From: Octopus sinensis
Taxonomy: Eukaryota
Length of the DNA: 64,000 nucleotides
NCBI RefSeq assembly: GCF_006345805.1
Contig: NC_043002.1
Coordinates: 108,562,001 to 108,626,000 of the forward strand
Direction: 5' to 3'
In this document: piece after piece, positions 46,976-59,460 of the stretch
Layout of the letters: the number at the start of each line of letters is the position of its first letter
How positions within the stretch are numbered: position 1 is the first letter of the stretch
Program-made: the position numbers and the translations under genes
Notes under the pieces: generated by a model
Databases searched by the model: none
Told to the model about the DNA's origin: nothing
The model's input: only the letters and a program-made list of their open reading frames with translations

Positions 46976-48899
46976 ACAAAGTCCACAAAAATGTGAGAGG
47001 AGAGTGACAGGTGGGGGTGGTGTGGTCGAATATCCCTATGGGGTGGTGGGGGGGGTAAAAGAAATAGAATAGGAAGGAGGCGATAAGCAGCAATACACAC
47101 ACATGCAACAACAACAACAACAAGATGATATTTCCACACAGTTTCTCCCAAATTCCTTTCCCATGCCATTGGTCAGCCGAAAGCTATAGTAGAAGATACT
47201 TGAGGTGCCATAGATCAGCATTGAACCAGTGACTCAGGTTGTTACAGAAGAAACTTCTTAACGACTTGGATGTCATGAATACATTTCTTTAATTCCTCAC
47301 ATCAATGGCATTCAATTATGTTTTGTAGATTTAAAACAAGACTTCAATACATTGTCTTAATTTTCTGTGAAAGTGTTTTCGTTTAGCAATAAAGGAATGA
47401 GTCACTAAAACTGAATGAAAGACAAAAGAAAAACATGGTCTTCACTGACATCTTTATTATAAAATGAAATAAATTCAGGTTTATATTCAGGTTTCACTTC
47501 TTGAATAAAAAGAAGTCAGTGGAGACAACAAAAGTTCCCACAGTAGCATTGAATAAGATCACTGAATGATTTTGAGCAACTCTTATTAACATACATAAAC
47601 CATACAAAGGAATCTCTGCACACTCTCCCAGAAAAAACAGTCAAATCTTTCTTGTGTCTGTAATATTACCTGGACATAATGTAGCAACTCAAACCGGTTG
47701 TAGACAAGTGAATCACTGTACATTTTGGTTGGAAAAACATAGAATTTACCTACTCTGTCCTCAATACCGACCTTAACAAGCCTTCTGGTAAATGTGGTTG
47801 AGGAATTATTGTCAACAACTTTCTGCATTGGATGAACCACATTCCTAAAATCATCTCAGCATCTTTCAATAAAATCTTCATCAGCCACTCACCAGCAGCT
47901 GTCCATGGTATACCTACAGAGTTTACATCTCCAGTCCAGAACTCCCATCTTGCCCAGAATATTGATCTACTGGAAGCTGCCTAGAAACATGCAACGAAAT
48001 CCTCTCTCAGTCACTCATCATATCTGGAGAGTATTGCTTCTCTGGGCATCGAGAAAACGATTCCAGCTTCTGGCAACAGAAGCTGCAACATCTCCAGTGT
48101 TTTCTTGTTAAATTCGCTTCCCAACAGCTCATCTCTTTGACTGATCTGCATTCCTGGATCAAGCATAGATCAAGGCAGGATGGCAGGCACTCACAGTCCT
48201 CTGCCAGTTTGAGCAATGTGGTCAGTGCAAGTTCCACTTTGGTGTTCTATAGAGGCTAAGCAGTGGGCAAGAGCAACAACATCCCTGTGGAGACTCTGAG
48301 TGTTGAAGAGAATCAACTGGCTGGTCGGTTCCATTGGATTTTCAGGCTGGGATTCAAGGATAATTTCCAGAAATTCTTGGTCTAGCAGTGTTACCATGGA
48401 GCATTGCCCGTTTGATATTAACTCTATTGACATCAAGAAAGGTTGTCAGTTGGTCCTGTTTGGGACACACGCAGAGTGACAAAACTGATCTGCATGCACT
48501 TGTCAAGTGCCCAAGCATTGTTGACTCGTAAGGTTCATACTGACCATCTGCTGTTCTGTGGAGATTGTGCTGCTACTGCCTTACTTTGGCCATAGAATGA
48601 CCCTATTCTAAATATGTGCCTGTAGATTGGAGAGCAAGAGAGAGGGCACATACCTTTGGTGGTCAGGGTAATCTTGGATCTGTGGGATTCCTTGATTGGC
48701 CCTCATCGGAGTTTCCCCTGTTTCAGGAAGACTGCATTATTCATGTTATCCCATACTTGGTATAAGATGTTATATTTTTATCACATTTTACTCTCTTTTC
48801 CATTTCTTTTTCCTCAATCTTTATGTAAATTCCCAAACAATTTGTTGTCTGTTCTTGTGATGTCCACCTCATCTATGCCCATGTGGCTAATAAAAGAAC

Positions 48900-48936
<37 letters not shown>

Positions 48937-51292
48937 CATTGTTATTATTATAATCTTGTTGTGATTATTAACAAAACTTGACGATGCACACGACATCAAG
49001 GAGCCTCTATGTCAATGGTTCCCAAACTTTTTCAGGCTTCCACCCCCTTGACACCCAGGCCACATTCCTAGCTCCCCCATCCCAACTGACCATCACAAAC
49101 ATAGACCTCTTTCTGAAGCAAATTCAAAGCAACTGTATTTCACAAATAAAATTTAACTTAACAAACCCATTATTTTGTTGTTTTCACATGAATCGCCACC
49201 CCATTACCACCCCACATTTTACATGAATCGCCACCCCGTTATCACCCCACATTTTACATGAATCGCCACCCCATTATCACTCTACATTTTACATGAATCG
49301 CCACCCCATTATCACCCCACATTTCACATGAATCGCCACCCCATTATCACCCCACATTTTACATGAACCACCACCCCATTATCATCCCATTTTTCTTCAA
49401 CGTCCCCTTGGAAATTTCCACTGCCCCCAGAGGGGCAATACCACTCTGGGAACCATTGCTCTACATTGTCACTAGGCCTGCAACAAACAACAGCCACATC
49501 TTCCTGTTATCATAATTACAATATCACCAAGAACAATAGACAAAAATAATATAATATCAATGGCTGCCTTTGAGGTTAATAAACCACAATATATTTGAAA
49601 AAGGGGCAAATACCCTGAAACTAGTCTGTAGATGCCAGACCAGCAAGAGGAAGCGTCTGACCGCCCCTGTTCGAAGATTATAATGGATTATAACGGAGCT
49701 AATCAACGGCAGCATTCGTCCTATTGTTCTGGACTGCCATGTAAGCTTGGCGATATACAGTACCGCTGCCGTAGTCTCCTTTAGAGAGACTTAGAAATAT
49801 TAATATTTCTATTTTTGGTAAAAAAAAAAAGAGTCATCTTCCGAAATTTCACTTCGTGAAATATTTTGACATTTCCAGAAAATATATAGAGTAGTCTCCC
49901 TTGGATCTTTATTTAATTTTTTTTCCTGATCTGTGCTTAATTTATGGTAGGCAGAATGAATTATAAGACCCCGGGGGAGGCAGAAGATCTATACAACAAG
50001 TGATGGTACATAATAGGATAAATCACTAAAGGCAGACGATAAAAACAGTTCAGGCTTTTGACATATTGCAGTCACGAAACAGTCTCAAATCTTCTAAACT
50101 CTAGACTGAGGGTTATTCAACTGAGTTCAGTGTATTAATGGTTTTTAAATATTCTTCGTTTATTTTTTATAGGTTTTGGTCAAGAGGAAGGAGCTGTGTC
50201 CACGACTTTTATAACACATGGTTGCATAACGATATAGTGACCATTCCTCTTGTAGAGTCACCGTCTGCAGGAAAAGAGAGCAAGGGAGAGAACTCCAGAG
50301 GACTGAGGTTTTGGGCGGACACAAGATGGGGAGACGGAGAGGAGGAGAGTGGTCGAGTGGAGAGCGCTTGGTTTGGAGAGAGGTGGATAGGTGGGTGGGG
50401 CGGGTAACCCCCCCCCCCCCGATTCAAAAAAGAAAAAAAAACTACCCCACCCCAAAAACTGAAATATCAAAGTCGTGTCTCTAAAGTATGGAGTTAGCTC
50501 TGGTAGCGACAAACGCCTTCCCCTCCACCATCATCACCACCCTCTTTCACATCCCTTACTATCACCGTCATGCTTAACCACCTCAGCCACCACCACCACC
50601 ACCATCATGATCACCGTCTCCACCGCCTCCATCACAACTACAGCTCATACTATTACTATCACCCCATTTCCATCTCAACTGTCAATCCCCTACCGCCCCC
50701 ACCGTCTCTATGCCTGCTATTACTCTCACCCCAGTAAAAGGAGTAGAAGAAGTGTCATTGAACAGTGAGAGAAAGGGGGGGGGTCAAAGTGTGACACACT
50801 GACACACAGAAATTCGTTTTGGCATTCATCATTATAGAAGTGGGACATCCACTGACCCCATTGTCTGACTGGGACAGGTCTGTGAGTACCTGGCTACCCT
50901 CTAGGTGCCAGGTACCCGGTCTTGATCTTTCCTTCACCAAGGACTGTGGTTCCGTCAAGGAGATGAGCTGTAGAAAGACACGTCTCACAAATGGAGCCCA
51001 CACATGTTCACTATCCAGAAATCATCACAGGTGGTTCAACCTGAGTGCATGTCTGCACATGAGAAGCCACGCAAAAGGTGCTAGTAGCGGACTGAGTGCC
51101 TGACCATTGGAACATGTCCCTCTCCACAAGAAAAGGAATAAGAGACACTCTAGCCTGATCAAATAGTAACCAGGGCAGGGCACAACCATCAGGCAATAAA
51201 TGATGATGAAGGTGATGTCGGCATTTGCCACCTCGGCCCAACCTTTAAGGGATACCTTCTTCTCAGCCCATTTTCGGGTAAGACTGGCCACT
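46976..51292 (-). repeat. Right arm of the ~4.2-kb inverted segmental duplication (partner 2395-6570)
   Basis: Reverse complement of 2395-6570 with scattered substitutions, one 44-bp deletion and one minisatellite expansion. Confidence 0.97.
49186..49394. repeat. 35-bp minisatellite, 6 copies (acatgaatcgccaccccattatcaccccacatttt)
   Basis: Units start at 49186, 49221, 49256, 49291, 49326 and 49361. Confidence 0.93.
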
Positions 51293-51336
51293 TTTCTCAA
51301 TTAAGACTATGTCTGACTTCCTATTCTTCTTTCTCA

Positions 51337-51349
51337 ATTATTATTATTA

Positions 51350-51388
<39 letters not shown>

Positions 51389-51415
51389 GTTGTTGTTATT
51401 ATTATTGTTATTATT

Positions 51416-51501
<86 letters not shown>
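51337..51501. repeat. (ATT)n microsatellite
   Basis: Direct observation. Confidence 0.95.
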
Positions 51502-51502
<1 letters not shown>

Positions 51503-51503
51503 T

Positions 51504-52341
51504 ACCAGGAATATAGACCTGGTCAATGACAGGAACAAAGATTAACCAAGAAAAGTCAGTGGATCTGCAACTCAGCACCTGGAGAGGCAGGTTTGTGCCA
51601 TCCAATAATGAAATGGGAAGCTGGACAGAAAGAGTGACTAAATTGCTCCAGGTGGAGAAAACCTGGGACACCATGATGAGCAGAGTCACTAATCTCTTTC
51701 ATGAACAGGGAAAAACTATCTCTGAAACGTCAGGTAGAGGCAGCAAATGCATACATCACCTTTCTGTTATGCATGACTGCAGCTCAGTCAAGGAGACGAG
51801 CTGCAGAAAAATGAATTTGACAAATGGTGATCACTTCTTCTCACCTTCAAGGAAATGCAGGAGATGTTGTGGCCTGAATGCCTGATTACACATCATCAGC
51901 CATGGCATGCCCAGTCTCCCATCAAGTGGGCATTGACAACAAACGGAGCAGAGAAAGCGGAAGAGTATGCTTTCCAGTTTAGTCAGAAGTAAATCAGAGC
52001 AAAGCCTGACAATCAAGCAGTCATGCATAACAGAAAGCTGATGTGAGTATTTGTAACCTCTACCTGACCTTTCGGAGACAGTTTTCCTTTGGCCTGTTTA
52101 TGCAAGAGATTAGCAACTCTGCTCATCACGTTGTCCCAGGTTTTCTCCACCTGGACATCTTGACTAAATCAGAGCAATTTAGTCACTGTCTGTCCAGCTT
52201 CCTATTTCATTATTTGATGGCACAAACCTGCCTTTCCAGGTGCTGAGTTGCAGATCCACTGACTTTTCTTGGTTAATCTATGCTTCTGTCATTGACTCGT
52301 ATTCTTTAAGGGTAGAGTTAGTCAGGTCTTTGTTCCTGGTA
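51504..52341. mobile_element. Tx1-like LINE fragment folded back on itself (inverted arms 51504-51780 / 52017-52341)
   Basis: gattaaccaagaaaagtcagtggatctgcaactcagcacctgga pairs with tccaggtgctgagttgcagatccactgacttttcttggttaatc. Translations VEKTWD..MSRV and LTKLESILFRFL resemble 2362-2870. Confidence 0.75.
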
Positions 52342-52364
52342 TCTGATATTAAATAATAATAGCA

Positions 52365-52905
52365 GTACCAGACAGTGGCTCTCATGGCTTCTGATCTTAA
52401 CTGATTGGAAGTGTTATCATGTACATTGTTTTGTCTTGGTATAAAAGATAGGCTACAGCAAATATTCTGCTCAATACCACAGATTTGCTTGTCAGTTGTT
52501 TGACCTTAACCAGTTGACCATATCCTTTAGTGGCTGACGATATGTGCATCTCTGATCATGAGCAGAAATAGTGGGGGAGCATCATAGCCGTGTGTTGAAA
52601 GGAATTTTTGGCGATTTGGATAATTCACCTTTGGAAACATGGGTGTTTCGTTCAACATCCTTAGGCAATCCTTATTCAGGGACCTTTTGAGTGGGATGGG
52701 CTACTCGACCAGAAGAAAATTCTAACTGGGCCCCATCTGCAAGGTCATGTGCTGTTTATCTTGATATGAGATCACCATGTCGTGCACATATGGTTGTGAT
52801 GCATGTGCCTGGTGTACCCTTATCAGACGGGTAGTCATGATGGGTATACTGGGCTTCGTATATTTCACCCCAGTGTTACTTTGATGGCACTGGTCTCTCA
52901 CTCAA
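52365..52905. repeat. Unclassified interspersed repeat (partial copy at ~18070-18270)
   Basis: Shared gatatgagatcac...gtacccttatcaga...gtcatgatgg...ctcactcaataat. Confidence 0.6.
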
Positions 52906-52975
52906 TAATAATAATAATAATAATAATTATTATTATTATGAAAGGCAAGGTATATATATATATATATACACATAT

Positions 52976-53602
52976 ATAAGATGCACCAAGTGTAAGCTAT
53001 GGACACATAAAAGGTGCAGCAATGTCAAAAGAAGGCTAACTTGGAAGATAGTTTTTGTATGTGGTGGATGCTCAAGAGCAATAAACACTAAAAATGCTCT
53101 GAGACCAACTTCCGCCACATTCCTGGGAGAAAAACTAGAAATAGTTGATAGCTTCTGTTACCTAGATGACCAAGTCAGTAGCGGGGGCGGATGTGCTGAA
53201 AGTGTAACTGCTAGAGTAAGAATAACTTGGTCAAAGTTCAGAGAGCTCTTACTTCTGCTGGTGACAAAAGGTCTCTCGCTCAGAGTAAAAGGCTGATTGT
53301 ATGACGCATGTGTATGAACAGCCATGCTACATGGCAGTGAAACATGGGCCGTGACTGCTGAGGATATGCGTAAACTTGCAAGGAATGAAGCCAGTATGCT
53401 CCGATGGATGTGTAATGTCAGTGTTCATACTCGACAGAGTGTAAGTACCTTGAGAGAAAAGTTGGACCTAAGAAGCATCAGTTGTGGTGTGCAAGAGAGA
53501 TGTTTTTGGTCTGGTATGGTCATGTGGCGAGAATGGATGAAGATAGCTGTGTGAAAAAGTGCCACACCCTAGTGGTTGAGGGAACCTGTGGAAGAGGCAG
53601 GT
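52976..53602 (+). mobile_element. RTE-clade LINE ORF2 fragment (Cys-rich insert plus RT C-terminus)
   Basis: IRCTKCKLWTHKRC...VDSFCYL...ARVRITWSKFRELL...MLHGSETWAV...MLRWMC...WYGHVARM...GRGR; stops and a frameshift are present. Confidence 0.88.
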
Positions 53603-53649
53603 GTAAAATTTGTGTCTGTGTGTTTGATTGTGTGTGTTATAGAGATATA

Positions 53650-55265
53650 TATATATATATAAACATACGTCAAAATATTTAGTAGCAATGGAACATATAA
53701 TGGAGTAGAAAGAAACTTCGAAGGCATAGGAAAGAATTTGTCTATGGCAGTGGTGTTGACGGGAAGCTAATTGTTAAAACTACAGGGGTTATCTATATCA
53801 TTTATATGAGTGGAAAGTGTGTTTCTGCCAATGCTTACATTTATACAATTTTTCTATGAGTGTGTTTACTAGGGGAACCTTGGCGAAAAGGATATAGAAG
53901 AGTTCAGAATTACAAATGTTACAAAATTTTCTGCCCTTATCAAAAGGAAAGGATACAGACAATATAAACCAATCCAACTTGAAAGTTATATTATTGTCTT
54001 TAAGACGCCAAACTAATTTACTCAGTCCTGTACTATGTCGTTTTTTCTTATCTCGGAAAGTTGAATAATGATTGGAAATTCTCTTGGATAACTGAGAAGC
54101 TGTTGCACCTATATAGAAGAAGACATCGGTACCGGAAGAAATTCTACACTGGTAAATGGAATTCTTAATTTTGGAATTACTGGACAAAAATTTTAATCTT
54201 TTAGGGTTATCCTCCGAGATCGAGACAGAGTTTTTATTGTTATGATTGTTGTTTTTATTACTACTAGCGTTAACAACTACTCTATTTCTATTATTATTAT
54301 TATTATTATTAATTGTACTACAACCAGCAATATCCCCTACAATAGTACCGTTGTTGTTGTTGCCATCAACACTACCGCTGTTATTAACCCGACTAATACT
54401 ATTATTAATATTATCATTGCTAACATTAACGCTGCTACGAATGCTGTTACTATCAATACTATTTCTATTATTGTGATTGTATGATGGGTTGGAATTGGAA
54501 AGATTAGTGCTGGAACTCCCGGGTGAAGAATTTTTATTTAGCAGCTTGTTATTATGGGAAGAAATAATTTACAAAAGATTCCTAGTGTTAGAGAATGCTA
54601 TTCTTACCTTGTGTGAATTGATAATAGAATGATATCTAGAATTACTGGGAAAGTTCCTAGCAACGGCTTCACAGAACTGTAAGGGAAGGGTCGATTTGAT
54701 TTGTTTTCCGAAAGGTATTACAAACCAGATACAGTTTTTTGTGGACTTTGAATTATTCCTAGTGTTATTTGTGATAGTAAGGGGAAAATTTCTGTGTTGG
54801 AAATTTGGAGTTGTGTGGCGCTTACCTCCCCTAGTCCGTAAAGGATTTATTTTACGTACAGTGGTGCTGGCACTATTAGAATTGAAATCATTATTCTTAT
54901 TATTCTTATTATTATTATTATTATTATTACTATTACGAGTAGTTTTCCTATCTTAAGAAGCATATGTTGGTTTAGAATGAGCTGGGTCGATGTATGATAC
55001 TTTTTCCTTATAACCGGCTCTTGACAAGGCGGCATTATAGAATTCGGCTTTTTGGTTAAAGATGTCGAGAGTAAAGGAATTTTGTTAAAATCTTCGTTCG
55101 ACTCCATTCTTTCATTTATTCATATAGAAAACACACAAATTTCCACACAAGAACCCGGAGTTTCTACCCTTGACAGGTCACTTCAACCGTGTTTTCTGAC
55201 ATGAATTTGCTACCCAGGTATCAGTTAAACGGATTTTCCATGCTAGGATAATTCATTCACCTACT

Positions 55266-55270
<5 letters not shown>
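53650..55270 (-). mobile_element. 5'-truncated Penelope-like element (Naiad-type): RT thumb remnant, linker and GIY-YIG endonuclease
   Basis: One frame from ~55076 to 53798 with two TAA stops (54955-54953, 54571-54569): DIFNQKAEFYNAALSRAGYKEKVSY...CIWFVIPFGKQIK...IISSHNNKLL...IYQC...FYIGAT...KRISNHYSTF...STGLSKLVWRLK...CNICNSE...KCKH. Confidence 0.85.
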
Positions 55271-55327
<57 letters not shown>

Positions 55328-55971
55328 GAATTTAAAGTTAAAGAATTAAGGCTGGAAATCATGCATTAAATGTAGCATCAAAACCTTGCTTCAGAGTAAG
55401 TCCCAGGTCATGCGTCCACAGAAGCACATTTACCATTTATGGCTACAAGGTGTCATCAGCGATACTTTGCATTCATCATGAGATCAACTTCCAGGAATTC
55501 CAGAGTGCACGTAGGGTATATATTAAAGATTGATAGAGAAGACGATGTGTACCAAAAGGCAATTTATTGTCACAACAATTGTTTTGTCTTCACGATGCAC
55601 TGCTCCCTTTACACTAAATACTTTATACTTTTTATTCTATTTTTGTATTTTTGTACCTCTTATTTTTAACACTATCATCATGACCCCAAATAATAACCCC
55701 CCCCACCCCACCCCATTCATGCTAGGTGCTTTTTGATTGCATTCCTGTGTTTTCTTCCTCACTTGGACACACCTACCCGAACTGACAGAATCTCTCAATG
55801 CAGCAGAAATGAAATGTAAATCTCTGCACTCAAAAGTGCATTATGTCACCTGAGGAGTTTTCTTTGCACTGTGCATTGCATCGTTCAACACCCACTAGGG
55901 GGCAGTGCAACATCAAGCCAAAACAATCGTTATAATAAATTACTTTTTGGCATGCTCCATCTTCTCTACCA

Positions 55972-56074
<103 letters not shown>

Positions 56075-56457
56075 ATGTATGTATGTATGTATGTATGTGT
56101 ATCATCATCATCATCATCGTTTAACGTCCACCTTCCATGCTAGCATGGGTTGGACGATTTTGACTGAGGACTGGTGAACCAGATGGCTGCACCAGGCTCC
56201 AGTCTTGATTTGGCAGAGTTTCTACAGCTGGATGCCCTTCCTAACGCCAACCACTCCGAGAGTATAGTGGGTGCTTTTTACGTGCCACCGGCATGGGGGC
56301 CAGTCAGGCAGTACTGGCAACGACCTCGCTCGAATCCTTTTACACATGCCACCAGCACAGGTGCCAGTAAGGCGACGTTGGTAATACATATAGATAAAAC
56401 TTACTTAGAAGAGGATGCATGGCATTCAATCATATAATGATATATATATATATATGC

Positions 56458-56491
<34 letters not shown>

Positions 56492-56521
56492 GCATATATA
56501 TATATATATGCATATATATAT

Positions 56522-56553
<32 letters not shown>

Positions 56554-56588
56554 GCATATATATATATATATGCATATATATATATATA

Positions 56589-56812
56589 TACAAAATGAGA
56601 AAATGGAGAAATATATCTAAATCAATCATCAAATAGAAATATTCTGTCAGCTACAATGTAAATGTATTTCTATTTCTATGTCTTGTTATATTTGTACTAT
56701 ATTAATGTATAATATCATTGCTGCTGTGTAATGGTTTAATAAAGTATTGATTGGGTATTATCTGATGGTTGATGATTGATTTAGATATATTTCTCCATTT
56801 TCTCATTTTGTA
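56589..56812. repeat. Perfect ~44-bp inverted repeat
   Basis: tacaaaatgagaaaatggagaaatatatctaaatcaatcatcaa / ttgatgattgatttagatatatttctccattttctcattttgta. Confidence 0.88.
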
Positions 56813-57049
56813 TTATTAATTTACGGTAAAAATAATTTTACCTTTGCCCACATAATACAGTAGATGAATTAATTGCATCGCAATTTTTAACATTTATGTA
56901 TTAGCTTTGTTGGGTACTTCTCTAGCAGTATATTGGATATATGTTATCCCATGGAGGGTTGAATTTACAACCCCTATCTCATTTTATATATATATATATA
57001 TATATAATATATATATATATATATCTACATACATCTCTGTGTATACATG

Positions 57050-57570
57050 CATATGCAGGCACAGGATGTCACGAAACTTGTACAACAAAAAATACGAAGT
57101 ACGCACGCACGCGCGCTCACATACACACACACACACACACACACAGAACAAGCACGCACACACACACACCACATTAGCTTTCTTCTCCTCCTCTCATTTT
57201 AGTAGCTGTTACGGAGGTCATGAAGATATCCGAAGTGAATTGTCGAGTTGTCACGGAAACAACCGGGGGTCTTGTTATTGTTTTGTCGAGTTAAACCGAA
57301 GGATTGCCTCACTATGTAACACTTGCATGGATATTTCTGATGTCCAATGAACCGGAACGACTGAAACCCGCGTTAGTGTTATATTATATATTTTCAACGG
57401 ACTCTAGATTTATTAAAACATCAACTAAAGCAGTTTGAGTCTCTAAGGATAATTATTATCGTGTGACACCGTTTACATACTTCTAGTCACGTATTTATTT
57501 ACAATGTTCAAACTAACATGTGAACCCCGCCTTCTGTGATTTTATGGGACTTAATAAAACAAATGCCGAG
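57050..57570 (+). promoter_or_regulatory. CpG-enriched promoter-like region upstream of the predicted paralog
   Basis: Locally many CpGs in otherwise CpG-poor DNA; X-box-like GTTGTCACGGAAAC at 57247-57260; accggaa at 57351. Not shared with the left copy. Confidence 0.35.
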
Positions 57571-57769
57571 GTATTATAAACGTTTGATTAGCTTGTGCCT
57601 TTGTTTCAATGAGTGGGTGTGTCTACTGCAGTATACGCGCGCGTGTGTGTGTGTGTGAGTGCGTGCGTACGTGTGTGTGTGTATATATATATATATATTT
57701 ATATATATGTATATGTATAACCTGCTATGCAGTAATTTCGAGGTCATTCCACTTTTTATGTGGTATCAA

Positions 57770-57857
57770 ACAGAGATAGCGTATTAGAAGTTCTGCAGTT
57801 CTTTGTTGGCTGGCGAGGAATACAACGCACCTGCCTTTAGAAGGGTTAAACAGCCTG
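57770..57857 (+). other. Putative non-coding first exon of the paralog
   Basis: CTG/gtaagt donor at 57858; homologous to 46081-46170. Confidence 0.5.
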
Positions 57858-58601
57858 GTAAGTACGACTTTAGCAGACTTCATTAAGAGAAGACACACAG
57901 ACACAAGTGCTCGTTAATATGGACGTAACGTAATTAATTTTATTAAACCAAACTCAGAGAAAAAATAGAACGGCGTAAATAAGGGAATTACACTCAATTT
58001 GCCTACATACACGCATATATATATATATCGAGATATAGATATATACGTACATATATAAAGGTATATTATATATGTGTATATATGAGGTACATGTATTATA
58101 TGATGTGTGTGTGTATATATATATGATATATACATATATAATGTGTGTGTGTATATATGTGATATATACACATATGCGTGTATGTAGATGATAAAAATAT
58201 ATGTGTATATATGATGTATATGATTTGCGGTTCGGCAAAAGGACTCGATGAAATAAGTACTAGGCTTACAAAGAATAAGTCCTGCGGTCGATTTGCTCGA
58301 CTATTAAATAAAACCCCTTTAAGGCGGTGCTCCAGCATGGCCGCAGTCAAATGCCTGAAACAAGTAAAAGAATAAAAGGTGTGTGTATATCTTTTACTTG
58401 TGTCAGTCATTAGACTACGGCCATGCTGGAGCACCTTCTTGAAGTTTTAGTCGAATGAATCGACCCCAGAAATTATAATTTTTTAAAATCTTGGTACTTA
58501 TTCTATCAAATTCTTTTTGCCGAACCGCTAAGTTTACGCGGACGTAAATACACCAACACCGGTTGTCAAAGACACCCACATAAATTAAATATATATCCAT
58601 A

Positions 58602-58662
<61 letters not shown>

Positions 58663-59074
58663 CGGGCTTCTTTCAGTTTCCGTCTACCAAATCCACTCAC
58701 AAGGCTTTGGTCGACCTGAGGCTATAGTAGAGGACACTTGCCCAAGGTGCCATGCAGTGGGACTGAACCCAGAGCCATGTAGTTGGGAAGCAAGCTTCTT
58801 AACTGCACAGCCACGCCTAAGGCCTAGTGGGTAAGACGTTGTGCTCATGATCGTGAGATCGTGGTTTCAATTCCCAGACCGGGTGATACGTTATGTCTTG
58901 AGCAAAACACTTAATCTCTTCGTTGTTCTGTGATTACTTCGACTGCCGACATGTGGTACACCGCGCACCCGTTCAGGCAAAGTCGATTTGATGGAGGGAG
59001 GGAGGGAGCTAATGCACACCACATACATTTTAATCGCAATAAAATTCGACATACATATATATATATGAATATTT

Positions 59075-59460
59075 GATGCGCAAAAGGAGACTAAGATGGC
59101 TTGGATATGTGAAGCGGGCGGATGACAACAGAATTCTCAAACAGCTGTTATATGGCGAGTTGGCTCAGGGTAGCCGAGGACGACCAAAGTTGAGATTTAA
59201 GGACACGTGTAAGAGCAGCCCGACCAAGTGCTAATCGATGCAAAGACTTGGGCAGAGTAAACTGAAGGTCGAACTGCTTGGTAGACCTCAATGAACAAAG
59301 AAATGAAACAGCTCGAGCAAAGAAAACATCCCGGGCCTCGAAACAAAACGAAATAAAAACAACAGATCGCAGCTCTGCAGCACCTTCCTTGCTTGCAGAT
59401 TTTGCTGCAGAACTTGTTCACCAAACATAGGAAGGATCAACCATGAAAAAAGCTGTAGGA
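59075..59460 (+). mobile_element. RTE/BovB-like LINE 3' fragment
   Basis: RRLRWLGYVKRADDNRILKQLLYGELAQGSRGRPKLRFKDTCK. Confidence 0.8.

Noticed and set aside
2395-51292. Inverted arms as an assembly artefact, or as the scar of a staggered-break inversion
   Set aside because: The arms differ by many substitutions, a templated deletion and a minisatellite, so they are real. A staggered-break inversion predicts a native inner junction on the right arm, but that junction cuts a SINE head and the left arm looks native at both ends, favouring duplicative insertion.
53798-55076. Selenocysteine read-through as reported for some Naiad elements
   Set aside because: Both internal stops are TAA, not TGA, and I see no SECIS-like hairpin.
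54847-55107. ORF MESNEDFNK... as the start of an RT-less endonuclease gene
   Set aside because: The Penelope similarity is in a different frame (DIFNQKAEFYNAALSRAGY), indicating 5' truncation of a normal element rather than a new start.
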